Shown here piece after piece: positions 10,082 to 20,057 of a stretch of DNA of 32,000 nucleotides (position 1 is its first letter; the number at the start of each line of letters is the position of its first letter). Under the pieces are notes generated by a model. That model worked only from the letters and a program-made list of their open reading frames with translations, searched no databases and was not told where the DNA came from. This stretch comes from Candidatus Baldrarchaeota archaeon (GTDB lineage Archaea; Asgardarchaeota; Baldrarchaeia; Baldrarchaeales; DXJG01): assembly GCA_019056805.1 (NCBI GenBank), contig DXJG01000002.1:523103-555102 (forward strand), written 5' to 3'. Position numbers and translations under genes: made by a program.

Positions 10082-11260
10082 TTGAAAAGAGGAAGAACCC
10101 TCTTAATGATACCAGGACCAACAATGTGCGACTCAGAAGTCCTAAGATCATTATCTAAACCAACACTATCCCATGTAAGCTCAAAATTCATAGAAATATT
10201 CTCAGAAACACTCAAAGGACTAAAAAAGGTGTTTTTAACCGAAAAAGGAGAAATGTTCATCGTAGCCGGAAGTGGAACCCTAGCTATGGAAATGGCTATC
10301 GTAAATACGTGTGAAACAGGTGACAATGTGTTAATTCTTTCAAATGGGTATTTTGGGGAGAGATTCAAAGAAATATGTGAAAGATATCAGCTAAACGTAG
10401 ATTATATTGAAGTTAAACAATGGGGTGAAAATATTCACCCCGAAACTGTAAAAGAAAAACTTGAGAAAAAAGACTACAAAGCAGTGACCTTAACCCATGT
10501 AGATACAAGTACAAGTGTATCAGCTCCAGTAAAAGAAATAGGAGAAATAGTAAAAGATACAGATGCAATATTCATTGTCGACGGCGTATGTGCAACAGCA
10601 GGAGAAGAAGAAAGAATGGATGAATGGCACATAGATGTACTTTTCACAGCATCCCAAAAAGCTATAGGGGTTCCACCTGGACTAGCAATAATAGCCTTCT
10701 CTCAAAAAGCCCTAGAAATATACCAAAAAAGAAAGGAACCAGTAAAATCATATTTCATGGATATCGGATTGTGGAAGCCCATAATGGACGCTTACCTTGA
10801 AGGTCGACCAGCTTACTTCGCAACCCCACCAGTTAACATGATATATGCGCTACATGAAAGCGTAAAACAGATATTGAAAGAAGGAATGGAAGAAAGATTT
10901 AAAAGACATAAAATAATTGCCAAAGCCTTTAGAGAAGCATTAAAAACACTAGAACTAAAAATAGTTCCCGTAAGCGAAGAATATGCTGCAAGCACTGTAA
11001 CAGGAATATACTATCCCCAAGGCGTAACAGACGAGGAATTTAGAAAAAACATGGTAGAAAATGGAGTCATTGTTGCTGGAGGTCTTGGAAAACTTAAGGG
11101 AAAAATCTTTCGAGTAGGGCATATGGGAACAGTTCAACCCTCAGATATTTTAGCAACAATAGCAGCAATAGAGAATTCACTAATAAAATGTGGATACAAA
11201 GTTGAACCTGGATCAGGACTAGAAGCTGCACAAGAACTGTTCACAAAACATAGAATATAA
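10082..11260 (+). CDS. Class V PLP aminotransferase (alanine-glyoxylate / serine-pyruvate family)
   Basis: LMIPGPT, SGTLAME, NGYFGER, HVDTSTSV, VDGV, PLP lysine in TASQKA, and FRVGHMG. TTG start with a GGAGG SD. Confidence 0.93.
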   Translation: MKRGRTLLMIPGPTMCDSEVLRSLSKPTLSHVSSKFIEIFSETLKGLKKVFLTEKGEMFIVAGSGTLAMEMAIVNTCETGDNVLILSNGYFGERFKEICERYQLNVDYIEVKQWGENIHPETVKEKLEKKDYKAVTLTHVDTSTSVSAPVKEIGEIVKDTDAIFIVDGVCATAGEEERMDEWHIDVLFTASQKAIGVPPGLAIIAFSQKALEIYQKRKEPVKSYFMDIGLWKPIMDAYLEGRPAYFATPPVNMIYALHESVKQILKEGMEERFKRHKIIAKAFREALKTLELKIVPVSEEYAASTVTGIYYPQGVTDEEFRKNMVENGVIVAGGLGKLKGKIFRVGHMGTVQPSDILATIAAIENSLIKCGYKVEPGSGLEAAQELFTKHRI

Positions 11261-11268
11261 TAAATATT

Positions 11269-12424
11269 TTATTCTTTTCCTTCTGGCTCAGCGAAGGGAC
11301 GAAGTTCTGGAGGATACTTCTCAGTATATTCCTTAAGTTTCATTATTGCATCTGCAAAATCCTCAGCAGGAATTCCAGGAGACTGTATACCATATTTCTT
11401 AAACACTTCTTTAATCTTCTCTACAATGTCTTCATGATTAAGAGTCATACCCTTTAATGCTGTTTCTATCTTTGAGACACCGTCCTCAGGAACCATAAAG
11501 AAGTCTCCAGTAATCATAATATCCAAAAATTTTATCGCCTATAACCTCTGCTGTAACCTTAATAAGTTTCTTAGCCTTATGAACAACCTCGATAACCTTT
11601 ACACCGTCAGCAATCTTAACAGCTCTATCGATAGTCAACTCTCTGTGTGTTAATTCAGGCATATGAAGCCATTCATAAGACATATGTTTCGGTTTAACCT
11701 CGTTCTCAAAAATATGGAGTTCATCTTCACTAGGACTAGATGGAATAAGCTTGATTCCAAGAATTTTTTCATATCCTTCTACAAGAAGCTTCTTAATTTC
11801 ATCTACAGAAGGTATATAGCCTAATTCTCTTTTTAAAGAAGTAACCCATTCTCTCATACTTTTAGCCATTTTATCCCTAAATTTTTCATCAGGAATCTTC
11901 AATACACGAGCCATAAGATCATAATCCAAATCTAGAATAATATTACCGACAAGAATGATCGCTTTACCAATTCTACCCGCACCGTTACCAGAAATCTTTC
12001 TATTATTAACAACAACATCGTTTAAGGGTTTAAATTCAGCTTCAAGACCAAGTTTACGATAAACATAAACAGTAACCTGTAGCAATTTTTCAAAAAGCTC
12101 ATCAACCCTATGTGGAATGACCTTACTATCCTCGCTGGCAACAACCTGATAAAAAACTTGATCATTATTCAAATAAACGGTTCCACCGCCCTGAGACCTT
12201 CTAATAATAGGCAACCCCTGTTTCTTACAAAACTCAACGTCAACCTCCTTCTCCAAAATCTGGTGATACCCCAAACAGACATATGGACTCGCAGGTTGAA
12301 CCAAAATAATAGTGTTCGGAGATAAACCTCTATCAATAGCGAGAGCAACAGCCTCATAAAAACATTGAGCCACATAAGGTTCAGCCATACCTAAATCAAT
12401 CAAACGCCAATTCTCCACATACAT
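11269..12424 (-). pseudogene. lplA: Lipoate-protein ligase A with C-terminal (LplB-like) domain, interrupted by a one-base frameshift at 11525-11529; may be an assembly error
   Basis: RRSQGGGTVY and NDVVVNNRKISGNG in ORF 11486-12433. The C-domain sequence KLIKVTAEVIGDKI continues as LDIMITGDFFMVPEDG in ORF 11269-11526 if one T is removed from the T5 run. Confidence 0.8.
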
Positions 12425-12540
12425 CCCCCACAAGTAATCATCGATTACGTTCTGTTCAATATCGATTTAAAATTAATGCTATGCTTTATATTCCATAAGA
12501 AAAACATTGAAGATAAGACTGATTAGAGAGGAGGAAAATA

Positions 12541-13941
12541 TTGAACCTAGATGATCTCCAAAGCTTAATGAACCTCGTTTCCGTTAAAAATGTAAAATAT
12601 GCAGACATAAGATATGAACATGTCTTTACAACTTCTATATCGATAAAAAGAACCAGAAATAACAGAACAGAAGCCATAATAATCCCCTCAACAACAAAAG
12701 GGATAAGCACAAGAATCCTAGTCGAAAACTCTTGGGGATTCTCACACACCAGTTTAACAGATAAGAAAGACATAGAAAAATCAATACAAGAATCTATAAA
12801 AATAGCAAAAGCCACATCAAAATACAAAAAAGAAAAAATAGAGCTTTCAGATGCAAAAAGGGTGCAAGGAAAATATGCATTAAACGTTAAAAAAGAATTT
12901 AGTAATATTCCTATCAACGAGAAAATCGAATTACTTAGAAAAACGACAGAACTAGCTTTTGAAACCTCAAAAAATGTAATCAAAGTTGAAATAGACTATG
13001 AAGACAATGTTAAAAGAAAGCTTCTCGTTTCAACAGATGGCGTTAAAGCAGAAATGCAGAGATCAGAATACACCATAAGAATAAAAACAATTGCAAAAGA
13101 AGACGAAAAAATAACTGAAACAATTAAGAGAATCGGAGGAGTGGGAGGATGGGAAAAAATAACTTTCAAAGAACTAGAAGAAAAAACAATTGAAGGAGCA
13201 AAAGAAGCAGAAAATCTATTAAAAGCAAAAAAAAAACCACCATCGGGAAAAACAACCGTAATTCTAAGTCCACAAATAGCCGGAACACTAATACATGAAG
13301 CTTTAGGCCATGCAATGGAAGGAGACATAGTAGCAGCAGGATTCAGCATCCTAGCAAACAAAATAAACAGCAAAGTAGGTTCCGAACTAGTAACAATAGT
13401 CGACGACCCAACAATAGAAGCCTACGGCCTTTACTGGTTTGACGATGACGGTACACCAGCCCAAAAAACAATCCTCGTTGAAAAAGGAATACTAAAAACC
13501 TTCATGCACAATAGAGAAACAGCATGGAAACTTAAAGCCCAACCAACATCAAACTCCTACGCTGTCAGCTACGAATACCTCCCAATTGTAAGACAAACAA
13601 ACATAATGCTCATGCCAGGAGACTGGACCCTAGAAGAAATGATCGAAGACATAAAATCTGGCTTATTAATTGGCTCCAGTAGCGGAGGAACAGCCGCCAC
13701 AAGCATAGGAACATTTCAATTCGGCTTCCAATACGCCCACCTAATAAAAAACGGAGAAATAAAAGAAGTGACCAAAGGATCAAGCATCGCAGGATCAATG
13801 TTCGATGCGCTAAAAAACGTGGATGCACTAGGGAAAAAAGTTGAAATAATACCGGGAGCTTGCGGAAAAGATGGACAATACATGAATCAAGGTAGAATAA
13901 TGCCCTACGTAAGATTAAAAGAAATCTTAATAGGTGGTTAA
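12541..13941 (+). CDS. tldD: TldD family metalloprotease
   Basis: YADIRYE start, HEALGHAMEGD (HExxxH), DDDGTP, and C-terminal CGKDGQ. TTG start with a GAGGAGG SD. Confidence 0.92.
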   Translation: MNLDDLQSLMNLVSVKNVKYADIRYEHVFTTSISIKRTRNNRTEAIIIPSTTKGISTRILVENSWGFSHTSLTDKKDIEKSIQESIKIAKATSKYKKEKIELSDAKRVQGKYALNVKKEFSNIPINEKIELLRKTTELAFETSKNVIKVEIDYEDNVKRKLLVSTDGVKAEMQRSEYTIRIKTIAKEDEKITETIKRIGGVGGWEKITFKELEEKTIEGAKEAENLLKAKKKPPSGKTTVILSPQIAGTLIHEALGHAMEGDIVAAGFSILANKINSKVGSELVTIVDDPTIEAYGLYWFDDDGTPAQKTILVEKGILKTFMHNRETAWKLKAQPTSNSYAVSYEYLPIVRQTNIMLMPGDWTLEEMIEDIKSGLLIGSSSGGTAATSIGTFQFGFQYAHLIKNGEIKEVTKGSSIAGSMFDALKNVDALGKKVEIIPGACGKDGQYMNQGRIMPYVRLKEILIGG

Positions 13942-13942
13942 A

Positions 13943-15316
13943 ATGGAAAAAGAAGAACTTTCACAACAATGCTCAAAAATTTTGAACATTGCCGAAAAAC
14001 TGAACGTTACACAGTTTGAAGTGTATGGCATAAAAAAAGAAACTTTAAGCATAGAATTCGAAAAAGGAGAAGCAAAAATAGGCTATAAAGGCAGTATAAT
14101 AGGATTTGCTACAAGATGTATAATCGATGGAAAAATAGGATTCTCAACAACCAACGACATTGAAAAACTTGAAGAACTAGTAAAACTTAGTATAAGCTCC
14201 GCTAAAACCCAAACAGAAACCAAAAAAATTAAAGAATTTCCACAACCAGAAACACCAACCAAAGTTAACGGTATATATGATAAAAGACTCGTGGAGACGG
14301 ATTCTTCTGGTTTAACGGAATTACTTTCAGCAATAGTTCAAGAAGCATCAAATAACAAAAAAGTTGAAGCAGTAAGCGGGAGAATAGATGTTGAAATCGA
14401 AGAAAGAGTAGTAACAAACTTAAATAACCTTGAAGTAACTGATAAAGGCACCTTTTTAAGTGCTATGGTTTTTGTAAAGGTTAAAGAAAAAGATGATGTT
14501 GGAAGCGGCTATGAAATTCATGTATCAAGAAAACTTGATGTTAACCCTGATAAACTAGGATCCTCAGCTCTCAAAAATGCCTTACAAAACCTAGGGAAAG
14601 AAAAAATAGAATCAGGAATCTATACAGTCATATTTGAACCATCCGCTTTATCTTCTCTACTAGGATTTGTCCTTATACCCGCTTTCTACGCTGATAGCAT
14701 AGCAACAAGGGCGTCTTTCCTTTCAGAAAAACTTGGAAAACAAGTCTTTTCAGAAAAGATTAACATCATAGATGATGGCACACTTGAGGAAGGAGTATGC
14801 AGTTATAGTTTTGATGACGAAGGAATTCCAACAGAAAGAAAAACCCTGGTAGAAAAGGGAATATTAAAAAATTTACTCTATGACCATGCAACAGCCTTAT
14901 TAAATAATGTTGAAAGCACAGGAAACGCCATACGCTACGATTGGTGGTATGGAAGATCCTACAAATATCCACCAAAAATATCCGCTCTAAACTTCATAAT
15001 CGAAGGTCAAATAGAACCATTAGACCACATAATTCAAGACATCAGACATGGAGTATTAATTAGAGACATAGTTGGAGGACATAGCTCCAAAGTTGCAAGC
15101 GGAGAATTCTCCATAACAGTAACAAACGGATTACTAATAGAAAACGGAGAAATCAAAAAACCAATCACAAGAGCAATTATTTCAGGAACAATACAAGAAA
15201 CCCTAAACAAACTAGAGTGCCTAGCAGGAGACATAAAAACATATCCAATGTTTGGAACAGCGGCATGCCTCATGTCACCATGCCTAGTTTTCAAAGAAAC
15301 AAAAATAACCACATAA
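13943..15316 (+). CDS. pmbA: PmbA/TldE family protein
   Basis: Directly follows tldD. Has DDEGIPT..LVEKGIL, STGNA, SGEFS and ISGTI motifs and lacks HExxH. Likely ATG at 13943 after a GGTGG SD. Confidence 0.9.
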   Translation: MEKEELSQQCSKILNIAEKLNVTQFEVYGIKKETLSIEFEKGEAKIGYKGSIIGFATRCIIDGKIGFSTTNDIEKLEELVKLSISSAKTQTETKKIKEFPQPETPTKVNGIYDKRLVETDSSGLTELLSAIVQEASNNKKVEAVSGRIDVEIEERVVTNLNNLEVTDKGTFLSAMVFVKVKEKDDVGSGYEIHVSRKLDVNPDKLGSSALKNALQNLGKEKIESGIYTVIFEPSALSSLLGFVLIPAFYADSIATRASFLSEKLGKQVFSEKINIIDDGTLEEGVCSYSFDDEGIPTERKTLVEKGILKNLLYDHATALLNNVESTGNAIRYDWWYGRSYKYPPKISALNFIIEGQIEPLDHIIQDIRHGVLIRDIVGGHSSKVASGEFSITVTNGLLIENGEIKKPITRAIISGTIQETLNKLECLAGDIKTYPMFGTAACLMSPCLVFKETKITT

Positions 15317-15424
15317 ACAAACTATTAAAATACAATGAGAAATAGAAGAAAAAGAAACACTCAAAATTATTTTAGAATTAAAGAAACTACACTATTCACA
15401 TATCTCAAGACAGCTTCAAAGATG

Positions 15425-16105
15425 TTATTTGACTTTAGACCAATTTACTACAATTTCCACGGCTTCTCTCAAATCTTTTGCAACAGCATCTGGAATACTA
15501 CTATCTCTACTCTCCATTTTTCTATCTAATAAAATAGTACGCATACCAAGTTTTTTAGGAAGTAAAACATCAATCCGCAGATCATCTCCAATAACAACCG
15601 TCTCCTCTGGTTTAACATCTAAAACATCCAGAACTTTCCTATACATTTTAGGATTTGATTTATCACATCTAGCTTCATAACCAGTGCAAATAAAATCAAA
15701 ATATTTTTTAATCGGTTCTATTGCTTCTTCAAAAAAGAAATGAGGAGTTGTAGTAACAATGGCAGTTCGAAAACCGTAACTCTTCACCTTACTAACCGCT
15801 TCTCCAACTTCCGGGTACAACACATTTCTACTTTTTCTAGATAATTCTCTAAATTTCACAAATGTCTCTTCATCAACTTCGACTTCCAATCTCCAAAATA
15901 CACGTTTCAAAAAAGAATTCCAGTCTCCGTAACCATACTTCGGATAATCTACTATGGATACAAAGTACCATGCTGCCTTAAACTGTTGTGGAGAAATTTC
16001 GTAGCCACGATTAAAAAGATATTCAGAAGCCTCATCATCAGAAACTTCATTTATAACATGGACAAGTGTTCCGTATAGATCAAACAACACAGCCCTAATT
16101 CTCAT
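15425..16105 (-). CDS. HAD-superfamily hydrolase
   Basis: Motif I FDLYGTL, motif II IVTT, motif III/IV KSNPKMY and VIGDDLRID. Likely start is ATG 16105. Confidence 0.88.
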   Translation of the reverse strand: MRIRAVLFDLYGTLVHVINEVSDDEASEYLFNRGYEISPQQFKAAWYFVSIVDYPKYGYGDWNSFLKRVFWRLEVEVDEETFVKFRELSRKSRNVLYPEVGEAVSKVKSYGFRTAIVTTTPHFFFEEAIEPIKKYFDFICTGYEARCDKSNPKMYRKVLDVLDVKPEETVVIGDDLRIDVLLPKKLGMRTILLDRKMESRDSSIPDAVAKDLREAVEIVVNWSKVK

Positions 16106-16291
16106 AATTTCCCCTCGCATACCACACCAAAGTTTTCACTTAAATTTACACATGAACCACTTATAATTCCCGAACCCATAAAAATATAATCACGTAGCAT
16201 TTCATGAAATTTAATTAAAAGAGAAAAGTTTCATAGGTTTTGAATACCATAAATACATACTTCCATATTTTCACGAAGAAATACATGATAT

Positions 16292-17359
16292 ATGGAAACC
16301 ACGGTTAAGGAGGAGAAATATGTGACACAAGCCATTGTTAACCTTCTAAAAAAGTTATCAAATGCTTATGGTCCACCTGGATACGAGGAAGAGGTTCGTC
16401 AAATCATAATTAGTGAAATGGAGAAAATAGCTGATGAAGTTTATGTAGACAACCTTGGAAATGTCATAGCAGAACATAAAGGCAGTGACCCAAAGATTAT
16501 GATAGCAGCACATATGGATGAAGTTGCCCTTCTGATAACACACATAGATAAAAACGGATTCCTCAGATTTCATACATTAGGAGGCATAGATCCCCGAGTA
16601 CTCTATTCCCAAGAAGTAATGATAAAAACCGAAGAAGGAAACATATACGGCTATATAGGCGCGAAGCCTCCACATCTCCTTAAGCCAGAAGAATTAAAAA
16701 AGGCACCAAGTATTGAACAACTTTTCATAGATATAGGTGCATCATCCAAAGAAGAAGCTGAAAAACAGGGAATTTCAATAGGATCCACTGCAGTATTTTC
16801 TCCAAGATTCAAGGAACTAGGAAACAACAAAGTAATGGGGAAAGCTTTTGATGACCGTGCCGGATGTACCGCTCTAATAGAAATAATGAAAAACATTAAA
16901 GACACGTCTTGCACAGTATATGCGGTTGCAACAGTTCAAGAAGAAGTAGGATTGAGGGGAGCAAGAACAGCTACATGGCAAATAGAACCAGACATAGGAA
17001 TAGCAATAGAAGGAACCACAGCTTCAGATACTCCTGGAACCCCTGAACACTTAACATCCACAAAAATGGGGCAGGGTCCTGCAATAACAATAGCTGATAG
17101 AAGTGTAATAGCACACCCCAAAATTTTAAGAAAACTTATTGAAACAGCCAAAGAAATCAATATTCCATTTCAATTTAAACGAACAGTAAGTGGAGGAACA
17201 GACGCGGGAGTTATCCACCTCACAAAAAGAGGAATTCCATCAGGCGTTGTAAGCATCCCCTGTCGCTATATACATAGTCCACTATCACTACTTAACATTA
17301 ATGATCTCGAAAACACTATCAAACTAATAACAGCCTTCATACAAAAAGAAGAAAAATAA
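16292..17359 (+). CDS. M42 family aminopeptidase (TET/Frv-like)
   Basis: AAHMDEV, KAFDDRAG, QEEVGLRGA, IAIEGT, GGTDAG, RYIHSP. The true start may be GTG 16322, after GGAGGAG. Confidence 0.93.
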   Translation: METTVKEEKYVTQAIVNLLKKLSNAYGPPGYEEEVRQIIISEMEKIADEVYVDNLGNVIAEHKGSDPKIMIAAHMDEVALLITHIDKNGFLRFHTLGGIDPRVLYSQEVMIKTEEGNIYGYIGAKPPHLLKPEELKKAPSIEQLFIDIGASSKEEAEKQGISIGSTAVFSPRFKELGNNKVMGKAFDDRAGCTALIEIMKNIKDTSCTVYAVATVQEEVGLRGARTATWQIEPDIGIAIEGTTASDTPGTPEHLTSTKMGQGPAITIADRSVIAHPKILRKLIETAKEINIPFQFKRTVSGGTDAGVIHLTKRGIPSGVVSIPCRYIHSPLSLLNINDLENTIKLITAFIQKEEK

Positions 17360-17372
17360 ACAAAAACAATCT

Positions 17373-17384
17373 AACTCCTTTTTT
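17373..17384 (+). terminator. Putative archaeal oligo-T terminator after the M42 gene
   Basis: Pyrimidine run ending in T6 about 20 nt after the stop codon. Confidence 0.35.
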
Positions 17385-17898
17385 AGAGATTTAAAATCCA
17401 TTTTAAAAACTTATAGAAATAAAGCATCGTACATTTCTCTGAAACAGTATATTATAACGCTTGTATTTTTCGCTGAACTTGCTTATCTTTTTGTATATAT
17501 CGCAATCTTATTTATAGTGATCTCAAAATTTATATGTAGTAATTGCTATAATAACAATCAACACTGTCGATAGAAACAACTAACCTAACCGACGATTTTA
17601 GAGAAAAGAAACATGTACTATCCAATCGACAAAGAGGTAGATGAAGCAGCCTTAAAAATAAATAAAATATTACGTCTTATATAACTTTAAAGTTACTAGG
17701 TGATCACCTAAAATTGCAAACGAGCCCGTAGCAAACGAGAAAAACAGAAAGATTAACATAAAAAATAGTAAACTACCTGTAGAAGAAACACTATAACTCA
17801 AATACGCAGTTAAAGGTAAAAGGCCTAATGCACCATAATAACCTGAAAGATAATAATAGTCAAAGATCGTTAAGAAGTATAAAATAGAGGGGATATTA

Positions 17899-18882
17899 GT
17901 GGAAATTAAAGAACTGGTATATGAAGGAGTAAAACTAGTTTTTGATCCACCTAAATTAAAAACATCAATCGAAGAATTGTTGCTTCAAGTAGGGGGCATT
18001 CTTAGCGAAGCAGTGGTAGTTCTTAAGGGAGGAGATGGAGAAGCATACTACCCAAGTGTGGTTTCATTTCAAAGTGAAAAACTAAGAGAATTGGGACTAA
18101 AAATGGTAAATCTGCTAAAAGATGTAGATATAGAGGTGAAAGGACTCATATATGTTCATTATGATGAATATCTAGCGGAAGAATGTGGGACAGTTGAAAC
18201 AAGTGGCAAAAAGCCTGAAGGATTTATATGTCCTCTAAATGAAATGTACGAAGAACAATTCCTAAAAATACTTGAAGAAATATCACAAATAAACATTGAA
18301 AACCTAATTTTTGCATTAACTGGGTATGCAAGCGGTTCGTATTGTTTCTGTGAAAAATGCAAAGCAACATTCGCCATGGATAGAAGGATGCCCAAAGACT
18401 TTAATCTCACTACTTTACAAGGAGAAAAAGAACTATATAATGAGTGGATAGAATGGAGGAGTAACAACATTGAAATATTTCTCTCAAAAGCAGTTGAAAA
18501 AGCAAAAGAACTAAACATAAATCCCGTCTTTGCTATTGAATTTGATCCTATACTTCGCTTCGAAGAAGGTCTAAAGGAATCTTTGGGTATAGATGTAAAA
18601 AAGGTTGCGAATCTTTTCAACCATTTTATAATTATGGTAAATCCATGGGAAGTACTATTACCAAGGATGGGAAGCAAAGGTTTCAATGAATTAGTTCAAA
18701 GAATCAAAAAATTAAGACGTGAAGTGAACAAAAAACTTTCACTCATGTACTGGCCACCCAACGAAGAAGAACTAAAAACACTTGTACAGTTAAAAGAAGA
18801 AACAAACAGCGAGAATTTATATGTTTTCCTTCAATACCCAGAACAATTCAAAAATTGGAGAGAAATAAGAACTATAACATAA
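17899..18882 (+). CDS. Glycoside-hydrolase-like TIM-barrel protein (GHL10/DUF4015/GH42-like) with a Cys cluster
   Basis: VVVLKGGDGEAYYPS, ICPLNEMY..FLKILEEI, and YCFCEKC..F..(x)..EWIEWR resemble GHL10/GH42-type barrels. Function not assignable. Confidence 0.55.
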   Translation: MEIKELVYEGVKLVFDPPKLKTSIEELLLQVGGILSEAVVVLKGGDGEAYYPSVVSFQSEKLRELGLKMVNLLKDVDIEVKGLIYVHYDEYLAEECGTVETSGKKPEGFICPLNEMYEEQFLKILEEISQINIENLIFALTGYASGSYCFCEKCKATFAMDRRMPKDFNLTTLQGEKELYNEWIEWRSNNIEIFLSKAVEKAKELNINPVFAIEFDPILRFEEGLKESLGIDVKKVANLFNHFIIMVNPWEVLLPRMGSKGFNELVQRIKKLRREVNKKLSLMYWPPNEEELKTLVQLKEETNSENLYVFLQYPEQFKNWREIRTIT

Positions 18883-18904
18883 CAGCATAACAGTAATCCT
18901 CATT

Positions 18905-19078
18905 TTATTCCTCTATTATTTCATATTCTCTATCATATATTTCTTCTTCATATCCACATATGGGGCATTCGAAGAAGGGCATAACATCAATAATAGCATT
19001 TGTATCAGGGTTAACGCGTACTCTAATGTATATACGTAACTCTACAGTTTCACCACAACCGGGGCATACGATTTGCAC
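18905..19078 (-). CDS. Small CPxCG zinc-ribbon protein (57 aa), not in the ORF track
   Basis: Manual translation: MQIVCPGCGETVELRIYIRVRVNPDTNAIIDVMPFFECPICGYEEEIYDREYEIIEE. GTG start follows a GGGGGTG SD, and there are two CPxCG motifs. Confidence 0.82.
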   Translation of the reverse strand: MQIVCPGCGETVELRIYIRVRVNPDTNAIIDVMPFFECPICGYEEEIYDREYEIIEE

Positions 19079-19492
19079 AGCAACACCCCCATATTAACTG
19101 TGAAACTTTCACATTAAAACTCTTAATTAAAATTTTCTGGTGGTAATTCGGAGTTACAAAGAATAGATGATTCCAATAAGAACCGTCAAAATACTCGATT
19201 ACAAACAATAAGTGTTATTTATTGTTTAAATAAATTTTAAAAGCCTCAGAGGCCATTTCACCTTTCAAAAGGTTAAACTTTGAATGATAAGTTTACATAA
19301 AATAAATACTTTATCTAGATTAGAGCGAAAATACTCCTTTTCTCTTCATAGCTAATACGGTCTTCACCTTTTCAAGTACTTATGATATTAAGTTTAAGTG
19401 TGTTATATCATAGGTCACAGATATTTATAGTAGAGAATTATGATCGCAACTTTAAAATAGATAATGATATGCAAAGATTTCAGTGATTAACC

Positions 19493-19816
19493 ATGTCAAT
19501 TGAGAACATCGCAAAACAACTAGAAGCTGAAGTAGATAACCTAGTAATAATGGACGAATCAGGTAATATACTAACAAGTAAAGGATCTCTTACTCTCGAT
19601 CCCGATATAATATCAACGATCGAAAATAAAGAACCTTCAGTAACACTTCAGGGAACAAAATATATCACCCTAACCGTGGAAGAAGACAGATATATAGCTT
19701 TAAACATACCACAACAAGAATACTTCGCAGGAATTAAAGTAGAAGACAAATGGATTTTCTTCACCACAAAGGAGGATCCCAAAAACATAATAAACAAAAT
19801 ATGGAAATCCATCTAA
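19493..19816 (+). CDS. Profilin-like protein (Asgard-type)
   Basis: 107 aa: N-helix, LVIMDESGNILTSKG, then SVTLQGTKYITLTVEEDRYIALN, matching the profilin core I/L-x-G-x-K-Y strand-hairpin as I recall it for Asgard profilins, then a C-helix. Confidence 0.78.
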   Translation: MSIENIAKQLEAEVDNLVIMDESGNILTSKGSLTLDPDIISTIENKEPSVTLQGTKYITLTVEEDRYIALNIPQQEYFAGIKVEDKWIFFTTKEDPKNIINKIWKSI

Positions 19817-19829
19817 CCCTCTTTTTCTA
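19817..19829 (+). terminator. Putative oligo-T terminator after the profilin-like gene
   Basis: CCCTCTTTTTCT immediately after the stop codon. Confidence 0.35.
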
Positions 19830-20057
19830 TTAACTAAACAAAATAGCCCGACAAAACTTTAGATTGTACGAACCCCTAATTAACCTTCTTTTCACAGAAA
19901 CAAAAATCCCTTAGTTGTATTTTGTAAAAAGAAAGATATATAAAATATAAAAGCAACAAAAATAAAACCAAAAATCAAATTAGCAAAATAATAATCAGAT
20001 TCTTTTAGTGCAGTATCAAATCGGTCTGGAAGCTGATTGGTGGAGGGGATTATTTAC

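Noticed and set aside
11269-11526. Independent lplB gene
   Set aside because: The ORF starts in the middle of the C-terminal domain, whose first strands are encoded in the upstream frame. It is better explained as a frameshift.
17670-17880. About 70 open codons on the minus strand that translate as a hydrophobic peptide (YFLTIFDYYYLSGYYGALGLL...)
   Set aside because: No suitably placed start codon or SD. The hydrophobicity is explained by the T-rich strand.
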